Shown: positions 41,950-51,756, counted from the first letter of the stretch. The stretch is DNA of 64,000 nucleotides from a virus (IMGVR_UViG_3300025327_000015), one strand, 5' to 3'. Notes: generated by a model from the letters alone, not told the origin. Numbers and translations are program-made.

Positions 41950-42863
41950 ACGAGCGCCTTTTGCCCCTGACAGAGATCAAGCCACCATTTGCGATCCCAG
42001 GGCTTCACGGGATCGGGAACATAGCCGATGCGCTCGAAGATGAAAGAACGTACGGGCTCACGCTGCGCCCACTCGACGTAGGGCACAGTGAATCCCATCT
42101 TGTCCTGGCGGGCGAGAATCTCCTCGGGGATGACACCGCGCATGGCCTCCTTTAGCAGCGGCTTCCCAACCCGCCGCTCGGGCGGTTGTTTCAGAACCCA
42201 CTCCACCACTTCCGGTTCCAACATGGGAGCGACGGCTGTGATTCCATAGAAGCTCGTCACCTGCTCATCCACCCGCAGCAGATCGGGCAAATGCTCCCAG
42301 TCATAGGCGAGCGCCGCTTCCAGCTCGCGAGGATAGTCGGCGGGAAGCTCGTATTCCTCATAGCCTGTGGGAGGCTCGATTCCGGCGACGATGTGCTGGC
42401 GAGCGTAACCTCCGAAAAGCTCGTCCCCTCCCTCACCCGAAAGCACCCGCTGGATTCCCTGCTTAGAGACATAGCGAGCGACCATAAACTGTCCGAAGGT
42501 GCCAGGCCCGGCGAAAGGCGGCTCCACGGCCTCCAGCATCTCGTCGAAGAACTCTACGAAATCCTCGGGTGTGATCTCGATCTCGTGATGCTCCCGTTGG
42601 CCCGCCGCTAGGCGTGCATAGGGCCGTTCATCGTAAGCCTCTCCCTCATACCAGCCCGTGAAGGCCGGTAGTCTCGGCGCAAAAGCCGCGATGGTAGAAG
42701 AATCGATTCCGCCTGAGAGCAAGACGCCTGTGACCGGGATTCGCGTTGCGTACTTGACAACCGCCGCACGAATAAGCGCCCGCAGATATGTCGCCTGAGC
42801 CATGTTCATCCTTTGAGAGAGAGATGTGTATACGCTTGTTCGACACCATTCTTGGAATACCAA
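41946..42863 (-). CDS. PP-loop ATP pyrophosphatase, asparagine synthase B C-domain-like (amidotransferase)
   Basis: VLLSGGIDSSTIAAFA SGGxDS PP-loop. Confidence 0.6.
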   Translation of the reverse strand: MVFQEWCRTSVYTSLSQRMNMAQATYLRALIRAAVVKYATRIPVTGVLLSGGIDSSTIAAFAPRLPAFTGWYEGEAYDERPYARLAAGQREHHEIEITPEDFVEFFDEMLEAVEPPFAGPGTFGQFMVARYVSKQGIQRVLSGEGGDELFGGYARQHIVAGIEPPTGYEEYELPADYPRELEAALAYDWEHLPDLLRVDEQVTSFYGITAVAPMLEPEVVEWVLKQPPERRVGKPLLKEAMRGVIPEEILARQDKMGFTVPYVEWAQREPVRSFIFERIGYVPDPVKPWDRKWWLDLCQGQKALV

Positions 42864-43642
42864 GAAATCGCGCGTCTAAGCCCTTCTTCAAGGGGAACTT
42901 TCGGTTGCCAATCTGGCGGATTCGGATAGACCGGATGCAAAGAACCCACATCCTCCGGAGCACGGATAAGCGACTCAAAATCTCCCTTGGTTCCCATCAA
43001 TTCGCTTATCCACCCAAACAATTCCAAGATCGAAGTGTCCTTAGCCGAGCTGATCCCGAAGGAACCTTCTCGTTCCAAGTTGTCTATTACTTCGGCCACC
43101 AGATCGTCCACGAAGACGAAGTTGCGGACGGTGTCGCTGACGGTGCATGGCTCTCCCGCCGCCAGCCGCTTGTAAAAGGCCGGAATCGCGCCCGAGAGGT
43201 TACGGGGGCCGTAAATATTGGCTAGTTGATATACCGCCAGCGGGATGCCCGAAAGTCTCAAATAGTGCTCGCCCGCGATTTTAGAGATGGCATAACTAGA
43301 GATCGGCGGCAAAGACGTCTGAAAATAAATGACTCCTGCACCGTGATGCTTAGCGACAGCGGCTACATTGATCGCTCCAGCCACATTGATATCGGTATCA
43401 CGATGCCACTTCTGCGCATCGTCATAGGAAGCCGCACAATGGATGACTAATTCAGGCTTGACCTTGTTGGCGAACTCATAGAAAGCAGAACGATTCGTGA
43501 TGTCAATGTCTTCGGCATCAGGCCAGTTGGACTCTCGACCAGTAAGAAGATTGTCACATCCACAGAAATAGTGATCTTCGGCTAGGGTATCTCCTAAATG
43601 TGAACCGATGAAACCCGCCACACCCGTACAGAGAATCTTCAT
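42806..43642 (-). CDS. NAD-dependent sugar epimerase/dehydratase
   Basis: MKILCTGVAGFIGSHL Rossmann GxxGxxG and YAISK YxxxK catalytic motif. Confidence 0.75.
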   Translation of the reverse strand: MKILCTGVAGFIGSHLGDTLAEDHYFCGCDNLLTGRESNWPDAEDIDITNRSAFYEFANKVKPELVIHCAASYDDAQKWHRDTDINVAGAINVAAVAKHHGAGVIYFQTSLPPISSYAISKIAGEHYLRLSGIPLAVYQLANIYGPRNLSGAIPAFYKRLAAGEPCTVSDTVRNFVFVDDLVAEVIDNLEREGSFGISSAKDTSILELFGWISELMGTKGDFESLIRAPEDVGSLHPVYPNPPDWQPKVPLEEGLRRAISWYSKNGVEQAYTHLSLKG

Positions 43643-43693
43643 TCATGAGAGGATAATTCCCCTAGCGGTCGGATCATCGAGTCTGTGGACTTT

Positions 43694-44173
43694 TCAATCA
43701 TCAGCAGATGCGGACAACATCTGCTTCATCAGCGTAGTCAGATTCTCAAGCGGATCCGTCCGAAGCACGGGCAAAACCGTCTCTTTCCACCAGGCCAGAA
43801 CCATTTCATCTGCGAGAGTGTGGCTGATTCCTTCGTGACGAAGCGCCTGCCGCAGTTCATCGGCCATCTCCGCCAATGTGCTACAGGAATGCTTGAATTG
43901 CTGTGCGTCATCCAAATCAAGGCTCATTCGATTCACCTCCTTCAGACTATTAGTTTCTCTTGCGTCCAGCGCCGCTCTAGCGCGAGCAGTTCGTCCAACC
44001 GCGCCATCGTCTCTTCGCGCGTTAGATCCTCGCCAAGGTATTTCCAGCCATAAAACGCCGCCGCATAAGGCTTGAAATAGTCTTTGTGCTCGAAGTTCCA
44101 GGGGCGATCCATTACCACTCGGCGTTGCAAAGACAGATGACATCGTTGGCAAGCGGCAAGTAAATTCCACCAT
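43694..44173 (-). CDS. hypothetical protein
   Basis: 159 aa. Confidence 0.25.
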   Translation of the reverse strand: MVEFTCRLPTMSSVFATPSGNGSPLELRAQRLFQALCGGVLWLEIPWRGSNARRDDGAVGRTARARAALDARETNSLKEVNRMSLDLDDAQQFKHSCSTLAEMADELRQALRHEGISHTLADEMVLAWWKETVLPVLRTDPLENLTTLMKQMLSASADD

Positions 44174-44583
44174 CGGCAGTTGGCCTTGTCCTCGTCAAGG
44201 TGATGACAGGTGAGGATGCGCCACTGAGCCTCCATGCGGAACGTTTCCCGCCCTTGGTAGCCCATCCATGCTCTCGGGTCGAGATCCGGCACCAGTTCCC
44301 AATCGCCTTCATCATCCGGGCCGTGCGTCTCCGCACGACCGAACGACCACACTCGCACCGGCCCTCCATGCGTGCAACGCTCATCGCAAGGGGACCACTC
44401 ACCGTTCCCGTGCTCCCCCACGCGGTAGGGATGCCCGCAGCGCTGGCAGCGGTGGCCCGCCTGCTCGCGGATCAGATCCTTGATCGCTGGTTCCCACTCT
44501 GTCTCCTGATGCCAAAAATACGGATAGCCATCCGGTCCGCATTCATAAGGCTCATATTGACGTAGAAATTTATTCACGGGCAA
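43942..44583 (-). CDS. HNH endonuclease-like protein
   Basis: HRCQRCGHPY ... LTCHHLDEDKANCRWWNLLAACQRCH. Confidence 0.5.
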   Translation of the reverse strand: MPVNKFLRQYEPYECGPDGYPYFWHQETEWEPAIKDLIREQAGHRCQRCGHPYRVGEHGNGEWSPCDERCTHGGPVRVWSFGRAETHGPDDEGDWELVPDLDPRAWMGYQGRETFRMEAQWRILTCHHLDEDKANCRWWNLLAACQRCHLSLQRRVVMDRPWNFEHKDYFKPYAAAFYGWKYLGEDLTREETMARLDELLALERRWTQEKLIV

Positions 44584-44585
44584 GA

Positions 44586-45233
44586 TTACCGAGGCACCGT
44601 AGGATCATTGGGATGCGGCTTAATGCGCCGAGCGCCATAGGACTCTTGATAGTAAGGATCTCTCCAATCTCCAGAGGCCAGACTTTCGATACATGGCCGT
44701 TCTACTCGGTCCCACTCATAGCCCATATTGAGAACAGCAGGCGAGAAAAAACTGTCTTCAGACCAACCTGGAGGGTATTTAGGCCAGGGAGTCTCGTCCC
44801 AACGTAATCCCTGATCCCATAATTCACGGCGGATAACGCAGTTACCTCCGGTGTTTTGCGCGACAAACAGTTCTTCTTCATCTGTTCGTAGTCCGAGTTG
44901 CCCTAGTTTAGAATTTGCCTCGAACATACGCTGAGTCTCCTCGCACCAGCCGGGGAGGAAACGGAAATCATTATCGGAACGATGAAGAAAGATAGCATCT
45001 TTCGGTGCTCGTTCCCAGCCTCGATTACAAGCAAAACCTGGATAATGATTCTCATTCAAAAGATAGATTCCATAATCAAACTGATTGAGCAACCACTGAC
45101 GCAGATCTTCATCTGATCTGTTATCAACCACCACCAAAGTAAAAGGAACAGTTACAGTCTCTAAATAGCTTCCAATCGTCTGTTTAGTTAGTTCTAGACG
45201 ATTGTAAGTGACAACAACTGTATGAAGTTTCAT
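44586..45233 (-). CDS. glycosyltransferase family 2
   Basis: MKLHTVVVTYNRLELTKQTIGS...LVVVDNRSDED. Confidence 0.65.
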   Translation of the reverse strand: MKLHTVVVTYNRLELTKQTIGSYLETVTVPFTLVVVDNRSDEDLRQWLLNQFDYGIYLLNENHYPGFACNRGWERAPKDAIFLHRSDNDFRFLPGWCEETQRMFEANSKLGQLGLRTDEEELFVAQNTGGNCVIRRELWDQGLRWDETPWPKYPPGWSEDSFFSPAVLNMGYEWDRVERPCIESLASGDWRDPYYQESYGARRIKPHPNDPTVPR

Positions 45234-45960
45234 CTTCTTCTCTTTACCAATCTATGCCGGAAACGTTTTCCAGAATTAACTTCCATCCAATTAGAAGGAT
45301 AATGATCGGGGAAAAGTTGACTCCCAATCTCATAGTGCCAACCAAGTCTTGTTAAATGATCCGCACCTCGATGTCGAGAACGCTGATCCCAATACGCGAC
45401 ATAGACAGCTTCTGGAACCTTTATTACTTGCGCACCTGCTTTATAGCAACGCGCCCAAAGTGACCAATCTTCATAAGCATTTGAACCTGGAGGATCTCCA
45501 TAATCGATGAATCCACCAACCCGAAAGAAAAGATCGCGTGGAATTAGCGTACCGATGACAAGCCAATTACCAGACTCAAAAGGAACAGCAGGCCAGATTT
45601 TGGGCGGTCGTGCTCGTCCACCCTGCACATAAGAGACAGCAGGCGTGAGCAGGAGAGGAGTGCCGTCATCTCTACTCTCCCGCTCAAAAGCCCGCTGCAT
45701 AGCCTCGACATAGCCAAGGCTAAGAGTGTCGTCACCGTCACAGAAAATCAGCGCATCACCTTTTGCCCTCTCAGCTAGTCCATTTCTCACTGAAGAAACA
45801 GTGCCCCCTGGAGCATGGTCTATTAAGACTTCAGCGTCTTGAGCACGAGCAGAAGGTAGCGCCCGTTCCTCTGCTAAACGGCGCCATTCATCTGACCCAT
45901 AGGTCCCAATACAAATAGAAACTCTTATAAGACGATCTGCTCTTCCATAACAGCAAGCTG
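45230..45960 (-). CDS. glycosyltransferase family 2 (5' end extended beyond ORF-track call; exact start unresolved)
   Basis: Track ORF begins at GTG 45790 with DXD motif (ALIFCDGDD) at residue 17; same frame stays open upstream and encodes the expected GT2 N-terminus (RVSICIGTYGSDEWRRLAEERALPSARAQDAEVLIDHAPGG), overlapping the 3' end of ORF 45925..46311. Confidence 0.5.
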
Positions 45961-46229
45961 ATCTTCAAGATCTCGAATCAATTGATCAAGATCTTCTCTA
46001 ATGTCAACTTCGGGAGTTTCTACCGCCAAGCGGTAAGCAACAGCCTGATCTCGCAAAGCACGAGTGCCTCCAAGAACGATTTGATTCATCGTCCTGACTA
46101 CCTCAATCTGCTCTGCTTGAAGATCTTCGATCATCTTCTGCTGGATACGTATGAACTCACTCTGACGTCTAGCAAGCTCAATTGCCTTCTCCAGCTCGAT
46201 CAAACCCATGAGACGGCGTAGTAAATTTC

Positions 46230-46961
46230 TCATCTTCGGGGGTGAGTATATCGCCTTCTGCGTCTCCTGATGATCGAGAGTTCTTGAGGCAGGAGACCGA
46301 CATAGCCCCACTGCTCCGCTCGATCCCAGAAGAGTTCCTGATCAACGCCGAAGTTAAGACGACCCTTCTCATATGTCGCATCTTGTGGCGCTGTTCCCCA
46401 GGCAGGATGGCGATGCACAATCTCTGCATTCTGAGCAAATGCCCATTGTTTACGAGCCTGTGCCAAATGACACAACTCACGATCAACAAAGTTATGATCA
46501 TAACTCTCTGAAACAAGAATCCCAGGACCATCCAACGATCCTCCTTGCTCTTCCACATACGAACGTCGCACAAGAGGATGAGTCGAAAATTGTCCTTTCA
46601 CCACGAGTCTATTGGCCTTATCATTTGTACCAATTACCCCAGCTCCAGTAGCTTCTGCCATTTGAAGGGTAAGTTCATCCCAGCCCTGCTTGAAATCAAG
46701 ATCATCAGAAGCAAGAAGAAGAAAGGGCTGTTCGGTGCGCTCAAAGCCTTTGTTCATCTTCTTCGGATACTGATGTTGTTCTCCAAAGTCAGCTACAAGT
46801 ACATCTTCTCCTGTTGCAAGACAAGCCTCAATCTGGGCTTCATCTCCCTCAGAACAAAGGAAAAGTGTCCGACAAGACACCGAAGATGACTGCATAAGAG
46901 ACACGATAAGTGGCTCAGCATTTTGAGGACGAGCTAGTACAGGAATCAGAACATCAATCAC
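46230..46961 (-). CDS. GT-A fold glycosyltransferase
   Basis: LLLASDDLDF DXD motif, MIDVLIPVLARP N-terminus. Confidence 0.5.
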   Translation of the reverse strand: MIDVLIPVLARPQNAEPLIVSLMQSSSVSCRTLFLCSEGDEAQIEACLATGEDVLVADFGEQHQYPKKMNKGFERTEQPFLLLASDDLDFKQGWDELTLQMAEATGAGVIGTNDKANRLVVKGQFSTHPLVRRSYVEEQGGSLDGPGILVSESYDHNFVDRELCHLAQARKQWAFAQNAEIVHRHPAWGTAPQDATYEKGRLNFGVDQELFWDRAEQWGYVGLLPQELSIIRRRRRRYTHPRR

Positions 46962-47195
46962 GAGATGAACGCATTCGGATAAAATAATTAGGGTTAATAA
47001 CTTCAGATAATCCCCAGATAGCTTTCGCCATCTGCTGAATCTCTTCCCGCGAGAATCGCTCTAACCAGAACGAGTAATAAGCAGAAATCGGTTCTTGCGA
47101 ACGGCCATGACTACACGGCTTACAAACGGTATGTCTACGTGCATGACGAGCCGATAGAACGTGTGGATTCCCGCAAGAAGGACAGTAGACGAGTA

Positions 47196-48734
47196 CTACG
47201 CCCTCGCTGCGTCTTGCCTTCTGCGACTGAAAGGACTCGAAATCCGCATTTTCTGTATCGGCCTCGATCTCAACCAATTCATACATTGCGACCACGCATC
47301 CACATCGTCGTCATGTGTGGCATTGGGAAAGAGCGCACATGAATTGATGAAGTCAACAATATCTGCCGGACAGTTCTTCTCATCTGGCATCGAAAGCTCA
47401 TCTGCGCCCAGCCTCCGTCCGGGAAGATAGCAGTTACCAGATTCAAGATCAGATGAGGCAGCTTCGGCACGAAGGATTTTGTCTCCCTCACCTTGATGGG
47501 AGAGCTTTTGCACACCTGTTAGCTCGCGTTTCAATTCGATAATGAGTTCTACTCCGTAACCGGCATTTTCAATCAGACAGTAGTGCGCCGCATGCGGGAA
47601 CATCTTCCGGACATAGCGCGCTTGCTCCAGAACGGCACGTTTGGCCTGGGTAAAATTCATATGTCCTTTTTTCAGGTCCAATAGATAGCGATCCGCTCCG
47701 ATGACTCCCCATGCCTGAATTGCGACCAGATCATTCGCTTCTTTGTCTTTCTGAGGCGTATCAATTGTTTGCACAACAGCACGAAAACGCGGCAAACGAG
47801 CCGGGTCTTGTAGAAGTTTCGGATCGTAGAAACGCCACCAGCTACGAAGAAGAATCTCTCCTTCTCGCGCAGCTGGCCGCTGTTGTAACTGCGCAGCAGC
47901 GCGGTGAGAAGTCATCCCCGCTGCCAAAGCATTAGAGGTCGTTTCATTCCGAAACTCAGGCCAAAGAAGATCCCCTTCGTTGCGAGGATCACGAGGCCAC
48001 AGTTGAGGATGATTGTGCTCAAAGCGTTCAGGAAGACAGAGAACTTCCCAACGCTCCTTTTCGAGTACGTGGCCAGCTAGATCATTTTGATGCAATCTCT
48101 GCATCACAATGATGCGCGCATGATCATTGCCGATCCCACGGGACTCGACGGTGCCGTCATACCAGTTATTCGTACTCCCGAGTACCGAACCTGACGTCGC
48201 ATCTGCTTCTCGGGCATTGACAGGATCATCGATAAGAATACGATGACCGTGCTCTCCCTGCCCCGTTGATTCAGGTGAAGTGGCTAGGCGCGTGCCACCG
48301 CGCGAATTGGTGAAGTAATACTCAGCATCTCTGATGAATTGAAGATCCCAACGCTCCTGATACCAATCAGACATCATGAGATCACGAGACATCGCAGCAA
48401 TACGACCAGAAAAACGAGTCTCATAGGAAGCACCCCAATACCGAATACTGGGACTGTGAGTCCATTCCCAAGCAGGCCAAAGAATAGAGACGATGAGTGT
48501 TTTCATAGAAACAGGTGGGACCCAAACCTGTAGACGTTTAATCTCCCCCCTGCTTACTGCCTCAAGGTATTCACACATGGCATCGATATGCCAGTTGTGA
48601 AGATAGATCTCATCGGGCTTTAGATTCGGCCAGGCGGCCAATACAAACTTACGAAACGACCTAGAAAGAATCTCGGCTTCTTCTTCTAGTTCTTTTCGTA
48701 CAAGCTCTTGCTCAAGAAAATCAAGAACTCCCAC
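47196..48734 (-). CDS. terminase large subunit
   Basis: ATPase core (KTLIVSIL Walker A-like, ILIDDPVN Walker B) and C-terminal nuclease (NATHDDDVDAW). Confidence 0.8.
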   Translation of the reverse strand: MGVLDFLEQELVRKELEEEAEILSRSFRKFVLAAWPNLKPDEIYLHNWHIDAMCEYLEAVSRGEIKRLQVWVPPVSMKTLIVSILWPAWEWTHSPSIRYWGASYETRFSGRIAAMSRDLMMSDWYQERWDLQFIRDAEYYFTNSRGGTRLATSPESTGQGEHGHRILIDDPVNAREADATSGSVLGSTNNWYDGTVESRGIGNDHARIIVMQRLHQNDLAGHVLEKERWEVLCLPERFEHNHPQLWPRDPRNEGDLLWPEFRNETTSNALAAGMTSHRAAAQLQQRPAAREGEILLRSWWRFYDPKLLQDPARLPRFRAVVQTIDTPQKDKEANDLVAIQAWGVIGADRYLLDLKKGHMNFTQAKRAVLEQARYVRKMFPHAAHYCLIENAGYGVELIIELKRELTGVQKLSHQGEGDKILRAEAASSDLESGNCYLPGRRLGADELSMPDEKNCPADIVDFINSCALFPNATHDDDVDAWSQCMNWLRSRPIQKMRISSPFSRRRQDAARA

Positions 48735-49282
48735 TACGCTGCCGCTTCCTGCGCATCACTCTGTTCACCAGCTTCAAGCTCAGGATATGAGACTTCATCA
48801 ATGATGTTCTCTTCATTATCAATTTCATTTAAAAGTTCATTTGCTCGTTCATTCTCTTTCGCTAGAGAGATAATTTGTCGAAGCTGTTCTGCACCCAGAT
48901 GCCCGAAGTGTTGATGGACAAGAGCTTCCAGATTCGTGTTGACATCGATACGCTGTGAGCGAAGAAACGCCCAATTCGGATCATGAATCATCATTTCTTT
49001 CTCAAGGAGTCGATCTGAGATCGTAAGCGCACGACCAAGCGCCGATTCACGAAGACGATCGAGAAGATTGTCTTCATGCTCACTCCCAACCTCAACAGCC
49101 TGGTCATAACAACGAGCAAAGCGCTCGTCATAATGGACACTATTCGGATTACAGAGTTTGCGAAAATCAGAGCCGGTCAAGTCCTCTCTAGTCATCCGCG
49201 CTGCCTCTGGGCGAATGTAACCCTGCCGGATATATTCGAGAAAGTCGAGTTTCTGCTCTTGGGTAATCGCTGATCCACGCAC
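48734..49282 (-). CDS. terminase small subunit candidate
   Basis: 182 aa gene abutting terL start; acidic C-terminus. Confidence 0.4.
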   Translation of the reverse strand: MRGSAITQEQKLDFLEYIRQGYIRPEAARMTREDLTGSDFRKLCNPNSVHYDERFARCYDQAVEVGSEHEDNLLDRLRESALGRALTISDRLLEKEMMIHDPNWAFLRSQRIDVNTNLEALVHQHFGHLGAEQLRQIISLAKENERANELLNEIDNEENIIDEVSYPELEAGEQSDAQEAAA

Positions 49283-49574
49283 GCTGCGAGTGTAGCGCGG
49301 GTTCAGGACTTCACTCTTGCGCTTTATTACAATTTCTGGTAGAAATACTTAAATGGATACCGCGATTCTCGAACGTCACTTCAAGGAGATGGGGGCACGA
49401 GTCAAGACTCGCATGTCTGAAATGGCTCTGGCGTCATCGCCACTCGCCCGACGGTGAGCATGCCCACTGCCCGCATTGCGACAAGAAGCGAAACTTCCGT
49501 CGCTACCAGACGAAGCGGCCTCGACAGTTGAGGGATGCGGCTCCTTCCGAGTCGCCCTCTAGGCTGTCACCACC

Positions 49575-50471
49575 ATGAGCTTCATGCTTGATGGTAATCC
49601 CAAGATGCCCGCGGGAGGTTCGGTCCTTGAGGGCGACGCCGCCGCGCTCCTGCAAACTCTTCCGGCATCGGCGATCCAGACCATTATTACAAGCCCTCCG
49701 TACTATGGTCAGCGCGATTACGGTGCGCCCGGCCAGCTTGGAGCCGAACCCACTCCTGAGGAGTATGTGGCGCGTCTCACTCTGATACTCGATGAGTGTA
49801 AGCGAGTTTTGAGTGACTCTGGAACGCTCTGGCTAAATCTAGGTGATAAGTATCGCGGCGGCGAGCTACTTGGCATGCCGTGGCAAGTAGCGCTCGCTTT
49901 GAAGAAAGCTGGTTGGAGACTTCGTTCTGACATAATTTGGCACAAGCCGAACGCTATGCCGCACTCGGTTCGCAATCGACCTACAGTTGACCACGAGTAT
50001 ATCTTCCTGTTTTCAAAGTCTGAGAGCTATTACTTCGACCAAGACGCTATTCGCGAACCGCATCGAACGTTCACTGACGCCAGCCGCATGCGAGGTGGCA
50101 GAAACCACTTCGGTGTGCGGGGAGGAACACCCGAGAGCGGGAAGAACGGTGGCTCATCGAACTTGCACGACGGACGGTGGGATCAGGCATTTCATCCTAA
50201 GGGGCGAAACCGAAGGACAGTCTGGGAGATACCCCTGTCCAAGTTCCGCGACACGCACTTTGCGGTGTTTCCAGAAGAGCTGGTGCGACGGTGCATACTG
50301 GCTGGCTCGGCGCCTAATGATTATGTGCTTGACCCGTTTGCCGGTAGCGGGACGACTCTTGTCGTCGCTGACCGCCTCGGTCGACGGGGTCTAGGTATCG
50401 ACATAAGCGCGAAGTACTGCGAGATGGCTCGTGGCCGAATTGCCGGACAGCAACTGGAGCTGTCGTCCTAA
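49575..50471 (+). CDS. DNA methyltransferase (N6-adenine/N4-cytosine, beta class)
   Basis: IITSPPYYGQRDYG (motif IV SPPY) precedes LDPFAGSGTT (motif I). Confidence 0.8.
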   Translation: MSFMLDGNPKMPAGGSVLEGDAAALLQTLPASAIQTIITSPPYYGQRDYGAPGQLGAEPTPEEYVARLTLILDECKRVLSDSGTLWLNLGDKYRGGELLGMPWQVALALKKAGWRLRSDIIWHKPNAMPHSVRNRPTVDHEYIFLFSKSESYYFDQDAIREPHRTFTDASRMRGGRNHFGVRGGTPESGKNGGSSNLHDGRWDQAFHPKGRNRRTVWEIPLSKFRDTHFAVFPEELVRRCILAGSAPNDYVLDPFAGSGTTLVVADRLGRRGLGIDISAKYCEMARGRIAGQQLELSS

Positions 50472-50775
50472 CGGCGCTAGGTTAGCTGTGCGAAATGAGG
50501 GAGCGCGTAAAGGTTTACGTTCAGCCCATTTGCGGAGACGCACCCTGTCCAGATGATGACGATCCGTCATCCGGTGCGCTCATCGTGCGTCGGATCACAG
50601 TAGACGGCGGCGAGATTCCATTCACGAAAGCACGCATCGAAACGAACGCCCAAGAATTCGTCTCCGTTGTTTTGGAACTCATTCCTGGCGGGATCGAGAT
50701 TCTCAGCAAAAGTAATCCCTGGGAAGAAGTAACATGAGCTTCATGTACCCAACCCGCACAACCTAGCCCTCGCGC

Positions 50776-51075
50776 TTGCGAGGGCGTTATCGGGAGGTAC
50801 ATATGAAGCGCTGGCACGAAGAACGTGTCCTTATGCTCCGTCGTTGGAAGATGGAGATGGAAAAGCACGACTATGACTGGCGCAATCCACCGGATCCGAA
50901 GTGCGATAAGCGAGCTTGCCATTGTGCGGCAGGAATCGGTTCAATGAGGAAACGGCGTCCTTATGACTGTGGGAATCCTCGCTGTGGCCTCTGTCACTTC
51001 GAGAAGTTCTGGATTCGCAAGAATCGCTATAACAAATTACGCAAGATCATCGAATTCGAGTTGGAGGTGTCCTAA
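50776..51075 (+). CDS. Cys-rich small protein
   Basis: CDKRACHCAAG...CGNPRCGLCHFEKF; TAATG overlap with next gene. Confidence 0.3.
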   Translation: MRGRYREVHMKRWHEERVLMLRRWKMEMEKHDYDWRNPPDPKCDKRACHCAAGIGSMRKRRPYDCGNPRCGLCHFEKFWIRKNRYNKLRKIIEFELEVS

Positions 51076-51756
51076 TGGAAGGCGTCATTATTGAAATCCG
51101 CGCAGCTGAAGGCGGTGACGATGCAAAAGATCTTGTCAAAGAACAGTTTTCTGTTTACATCACCTACTGCAAAAGAAGGCGTCTTTGACTATTCAATACT
51201 TGATGAGCGATCTGGAATGATCGTTGCTGAGATCCTTGGCGACGAGGCAGAAGTAGCATTTAGCAATGAATCCGGTGGTCATCGTTGGCAACGCATTCCA
51301 CCGAATGAGAAACGAGGTCGGCGTCATACCTCAACTGTCACCGTCGCTGTCTTCCCGATTATTCCTCCCCAAGATTGGGAATTTTCTGAAGGTGAGATCG
51401 AATGGGAGGCCATCTTAGGCACGGGTCCAGGAGGTCAGGCCCGCAATAAAACAGCAAATGTCATTCGAGCCACACATCTTCCAACGGGCATCTCAGTACG
51501 GATCTCAGATTCACGCTCACAGTGGCAAAATCGTCAGACTGCGTTTCGTTCTCTCGCAGCTCGTATCTCCGCTTACCATAAAGATGAACATTTGAAACGA
51601 GAAGCAAAAGAACGCCGAGAGCAGATCGGAAGTGGAATGCGAGGAGACAAGATTCGTACTGTCCGTCTACAAGATGGACGAGTTGTAGATCATCGAAGCA
51701 AGAAGAAGATGTCAATCGAACGCTATCTAGCCGGGCATCTCGAAGATCTGCACTAG
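51075..51756 (+). CDS. class I release factor homolog (PrfH/RF2-like, GGQ motif) requiring +1 frameshift at 51183..51189
   Basis: Frame 0 (ATG 51075) encodes MEGVIIEIRAAEGGDDAKDLVKEQFSVYITYCKRRRL then TGA; +1 frame continues DYSILDE...GTGPGGQARNKTANVIRATHLPTGISVRISDSRSQ; slip site CGU CUU UGA C with AGAAGG 3 nt upstream. Confidence 0.7.

Noticed and set aside
46954-47295. 113-aa Zn-ribbon-like ORF overlapping the 3' end of terL by about 100 nt
   Set aside because: The overlap with a confident gene in another frame makes the full-length call doubtful. A shorter internal start is possible but unsupported.
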